Made by a program: the position numbers and the translations under genes. Positions 61,090 through 64,000 of a stretch of 64,000 nt of DNA are shown here, piece by piece; position 1 is the stretch's first letter, and the number at the start of each line of letters is the position of its first letter. The DNA is taken from positions 48,562-112,561 of the forward strand of contig JAJFJA010000046.1 in NCBI GenBank assembly GCA_021774445.1. The letters run 5' to 3'. Source of the stretch: Alphaproteobacteria bacterium. Its GTDB lineage: Bacteria > Pseudomonadota > Alphaproteobacteria > UBA6615. The notes below the pieces were generated by a model that worked only from the letters and a program-made list of their open reading frames with translations, ran no database searches and was not told the DNA's origin.

Positions 61090-62418
61090 ATGACAGCAGA
61101 ACGCGCAGCGAGCAACCCGGAAACCGAAGATACCGTCACGGTTACGTTCAACAAGACCGGAAAGTCTCACGAACTACGCATTCTGTCGGGGACGGCCGGT
61201 CCCCGTGCCATCGACGTCCGCAGCCTCTATGCCGAAACCGGCATGTTCACTTACGACCCTGGTTTCACCTCGACGGCAAGCTGCGACTCTTCGCTGACCT
61301 ATATCGATGGCGACGCCGGCATTCTCCGTCATCGCGGCTACGCGATCGAGGATCTTGCCGAGCACAGCGATTTCATGGAGGTGTGTTACCTGCTGCTCAA
61401 TGGTGAGCTGCCGACCACCGAGCAGAAGGACAAGTTCGAGCACACCATCACTTATCACAGCATGGTGCATGAGCAGCTCTTGTACCTCTACCGCGGCTTC
61501 CGCCGCGACGCCCACCCGATGGCCATTCTCGTTGGCGTCACCGGCGCTCTGTCGGCTTTTTACCATGACTCAACGGATATCACCGATGAGCATCAGCGCA
61601 TGGTGGCGTCGCACCGGCTCATCTCGAAGATGCCGACGATCGCTGCCATGGCGTACAAATACTCCATCGGCCAACCCTTCGTTTACCCACGCAACGATCT
61701 GAATTTTGCCGCGAACTTCCTGCACATGACTTTCTCTGTGCCGGCGGAAGACTACCAGCCGCTGCCCGAGGTCGCGCGCGCCATGGATCGCATCTTTATT
61801 CTGCATGCCGATCACGAACAAAACGCATCCACCTCTACGGTCCGGTTAGCCGGGTCATCCGGTGCCAACCCCTTTGCCTGCATCGCCGCCGGCATATCGT
61901 CGCTTTGGGGCCCCGCTCACGGCGGCGCCAACGAAGCGGTGCTGAATATGCTGCAGGAAATCGGCAGCAAGGACCGCATCCCCGAGTTTATCGAACGGGC
62001 CAAGGATCGAGATGATCCGTTCCGCCTGATGGGATTTGGCCATCGCGTCTACAAAAACCACGATCCCCGTGCGACCGTGCTGCGGACGTCTTGCAACGAG
62101 GTTCTTGAGGCACTTGGTGTCCGTGACGAACCCTTGCTTGCCTTGGCCATGGAGCTCGAAAGGATCGCCCTCGAGGACCCCTATTTCGTCGAACGCAAAC
62201 TCTTCCCCAATGTCGATTTCTACTCCGGCATTATTCTCAAGGCGATGGGCTTCCCGACCAGTATGTTCACGGTACTGTTCGCGCTCGCGCGCACGGTGGG
62301 TTGGGTGGCACAATGGAAAGAGATGGTGGAAGACCCCAACCAACGCATTGGCCGCCCCAGACAACTGTATGTCGGACCGGCGGAACGCAAATACATGCCA
62401 CCGGACGAGCGCCAATAA
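61090..62418 (+). CDS. gltA: Citrate synthase (type II)
   Basis: ...[11 protein letters not shown]......EV.YLLL.GELP...[16 protein letters not shown]...GPAHGGANE...[14 protein letters not shown]... Confidence 0.97.
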   Translation: MTAERAASNPETEDTVTVTFNKTGKSHELRILSGTAGPRAIDVRSLYAETGMFTYDPGFTSTASCDSSLTYIDGDAGILRHRGYAIEDLAEHSDFMEVCYLLLNGELPTTEQKDKFEHTITYHSMVHEQLLYLYRGFRRDAHPMAILVGVTGALSAFYHDSTDITDEHQRMVASHRLISKMPTIAAMAYKYSIGQPFVYPRNDLNFAANFLHMTFSVPAEDYQPLPEVARAMDRIFILHADHEQNASTSTVRLAGSSGANPFACIAAGISSLWGPAHGGANEAVLNMLQEIGSKDRIPEFIERAKDRDDPFRLMGFGHRVYKNHDPRATVLRTSCNEVLEALGVRDEPLLALAMELERIALEDPYFVERKLFPNVDFYSGIILKAMGFPTSMFTVLFALARTVGWVAQWKEMVEDPNQRIGRPRQLYVGPAERKYMPPDERQ

Positions 62419-62420
62419 CA

Positions 62421-62627
62421 ATGGTTCCGCAACCCCCCAGGCGGCTTGTTCCGTCGCCGCAAACCCTTCGCCCGAAGCCCAAACGCTATCAGCCGAAGCG
62501 GCGCATTCGTGTCGGTCCCGCGGCCAATGACAATGCGGCTGCCCGGCGCTACGGCCGCCGCCTTGGCCTCGTCGCGATCGGTCTCATCGCCATAGCTATT
62601 TTGGCGGCCTTAGCCCTCGCGGTCTGA
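62421..62627 (+). CDS. Possible small basic, Pro-rich protein with a C-terminal TM helix (hypothetical)
   Basis: The ATG lies 3 nt after the gltA stop. The 68-aa product MVPQPPRRLVPSPQTLRPKPKRYQPKRR...LGLVAIGLIAIAILAALALAV ends 18 nt inside the convergent lpxB 3' end. There is no homology evidence. Confidence 0.3.
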   Translation: MVPQPPRRLVPSPQTLRPKPKRYQPKRRIRVGPAANDNAAARRYGRRLGLVAIGLIAIAILAALALAV

Positions 62628-63773
62628 CCCTACCAAGGCGCAAAGCGTGGCGGCGGCGCGTTCACTCGGTAACGGTCCCGCAAGCCCCAAGGCACGGACG
62701 GCCTCTGCCTGAGCCTCCAGCGCATCCTGACGCCGCGACGGCACGCTCAGCATTGTTTCCAGCGCCTCCGCTAGCGCCTTCGGCCGGCACTTATCCTGTA
62801 GTAGCTCCGGCAGCGCCGCTCGGCTCACGAGCAAGTTGACCAGCGAGACGAACCGCACTCGCATCATCCGCCGCAGCACCAACGCCGTAACCGGCGCGAC
62901 TTTGTAACCAATGACTGTTGGCACGCGTGCCATCGCCAACTCCAGCGCCACGGTGCCGGAAGCAGCGATTGCAACATCGCTGGCCGCCATGGCATCGAAA
63001 CGCGCCGTCGTGCCTTCCACTATGATCGCCCGAAACGGCCACGCCTCGGCGGCCATGCGGACCTGGGAGGCGATATGCGGCAGTGTCGGCACCACGGCGA
63101 CCAGATCCGACCGTCGCGCCGCGAGCCGCGCCACCGCACCGCCGAACGGCGCCAGCAGGCGCTTTACCTCGCCACCGCGGCTCCCCGGCAACACACACAC
63201 CACGGTGGTTTTCGCATCGATTTCATGTTGTGCGCGAAAAGCCACGCCATCGCCCTTATCGGCACCGCCTTCGATGACCGGGTGACCGACGAACTTGCAA
63301 GACAGCCCAGCCTTCTCGAAATAGGGCGGCTCAAACGGCAGCAGTGCCAACATATGGTCGAATGCACGGCGAAACTTATGCACCCGCCATGGCCGCCACG
63401 CCCATACCGTTGGCGCCACATAGTGCACCCTTGGGATATTCCGGCTGCGCAGACGTCGCACCACGCCAAAAGCGAACGCCGGCGAATCTATGGTGACCAG
63501 CACGTCCGGCTGGACCCTCTCGATTGCCCGGGCCGCAATCCGCATGCGACCCAAAAGTGAACGAGCCTTCGGCAGAACCTCGAAGACACCCATAACGGCG
63601 AGCTCCGAATAAGGAAACAGGCTTTCCAAACCTTGTTCCGTCATCTGCGGTCCGCCGATGCCGGTAAACCGAACCCGATCCCCCAGCCGGTCCCGCAAAG
63701 CGGCCATTAGTCGGCCGCCGATCAGGTCACCCGACGGTTCACCGGCGATCAGGAATACATGCATCGCCACCAC
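62610..63773 (-). CDS. lpxB: Lipid-A-disaccharide synthase
   Basis: ...VFLIAGEPSGDLIGGRLM...YVAPTVWAWR... Length 387 aa. GTG start directly after the stop of the upstream gene. Confidence 0.9.
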   Translation of the reverse strand: MVAMHVFLIAGEPSGDLIGGRLMAALRDRLGDRVRFTGIGGPQMTEQGLESLFPYSELAVMGVFEVLPKARSLLGRMRIAARAIERVQPDVLVTIDSPAFAFGVVRRLRSRNIPRVHYVAPTVWAWRPWRVHKFRRAFDHMLALLPFEPPYFEKAGLSCKFVGHPVIEGGADKGDGVAFRAQHEIDAKTTVVCVLPGSRGGEVKRLLAPFGGAVARLAARRSDLVAVVPTLPHIASQVRMAAEAWPFRAIIVEGTTARFDAMAASDVAIAASGTVALELAMARVPTVIGYKVAPVTALVLRRMMRVRFVSLVNLLVSRAALPELLQDKCRPKALAEALETMLSVPSRRQDALEAQAEAVRALGLAGPLPSERAAATLCALVGSDREG

Positions 63774-64000
63774 TTACCGAACCGACGGGACATCCATACC
63801 GCCGCCGGCATTGGCCCGGTAGTCGGGATTGACCCCAATAATGAACAGACCTTGATCGTCTGCCGCAGCGACCAGCGCCTCCCGGTCTAGGATCAGGCTT
63901 TCGCCCGCCTGCACCGCGATCCCTCGCAATCCGGCGGCCACCGCTCGCTGCAATGTATCCGGACCGATGGTCGGCAGGTCGGCGCGTCGCTCCTGCTGCG
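63774..64000 (-). CDS. lpxI: Partial (C-terminal) LpxI-like UDP-2,3-diacylglucosamine pyrophosphatase, truncated by the window edge
   Basis: My minus-strand translation reads ...ADLPTIGPDTLQRAVAAGLRGIAVQAGESLILDREALVAAADDQGLFIIGVNPDYR...*. This matches the LpxI C-domain pattern and the lpxI-lpxB gene order of Alphaproteobacteria. It is not in the ORF track because the start lies outside the window. Confidence 0.6.
   Translation of the reverse strand, partial: QQERRADLPTIGPDTLQRAVAAGLRGIAVQAGESLILDREALVAAADDQGLFIIGVNPDYRANAGGGMDVPSVR

Overview
This 64 kb window looks like high-G+C alphaproteobacterial chromosome. I call about 60 protein genes, nearly all housekeeping and arranged in familiar blocks. 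The blocks are: a TadG-like vWA gene and mazG; hflX-hfq-dat-trkA-ntrX-ntrY-ntrC-ntrB-dusB (minus strand); pgpA-pncC-cysK; a TRAP transporter (dctPQM); an adenylate cyclase/TPR protein, an amidohydrolase and a KefB-like antiporter; a small OsmC/methyltransferase/flavin-monooxygenase/OsmC/MFS cluster; ogt, a methyltransferase and yegP; COQ10-like-lipA-lpd-pdhC-pdhB-pdhA-ftsB-eno-kdsA-pyrG-secG-tpiA (minus strand); ppiD-like and yibQ-like genes; trpD-trpC-moaC-moeA-lexA; and comEC, gltX, gltA, lpxB and a partial lpxI. I recognised no rRNA, tRNA, CRISPR array, transposase or integrase. The standout is a 2.4 kb lower-G+C cassette at about 16.6-19.0 kb, at the edge of the conserved dusB-ntr block. 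It holds five tightly coupled ORFs: a peptidoglycan-binding-domain protein, a small toxin-like protein split by a frameshift in an A7 run, a membrane-anchored immunity-like protein, an orphan copy of the toxin C-terminus fused to a recently duplicated 153-bp piece of the immunity gene, and a second diverged immunity-like paralog. This is the architecture of a polymorphic toxin/immunity locus, but I cannot assign the proteins to any family from memory. Lesser observations: an A+T-rich leader at the left edge, a palindromic REP/MITE-like element downstream of hflX, a flavoprotein whose Rossmann motif lies upstream of any canonical start codon, an alphaproteobacterial LexA box, and a long structured pdhA leader. 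All calls come from reading the ORF translations and the sequence. No database search was run.
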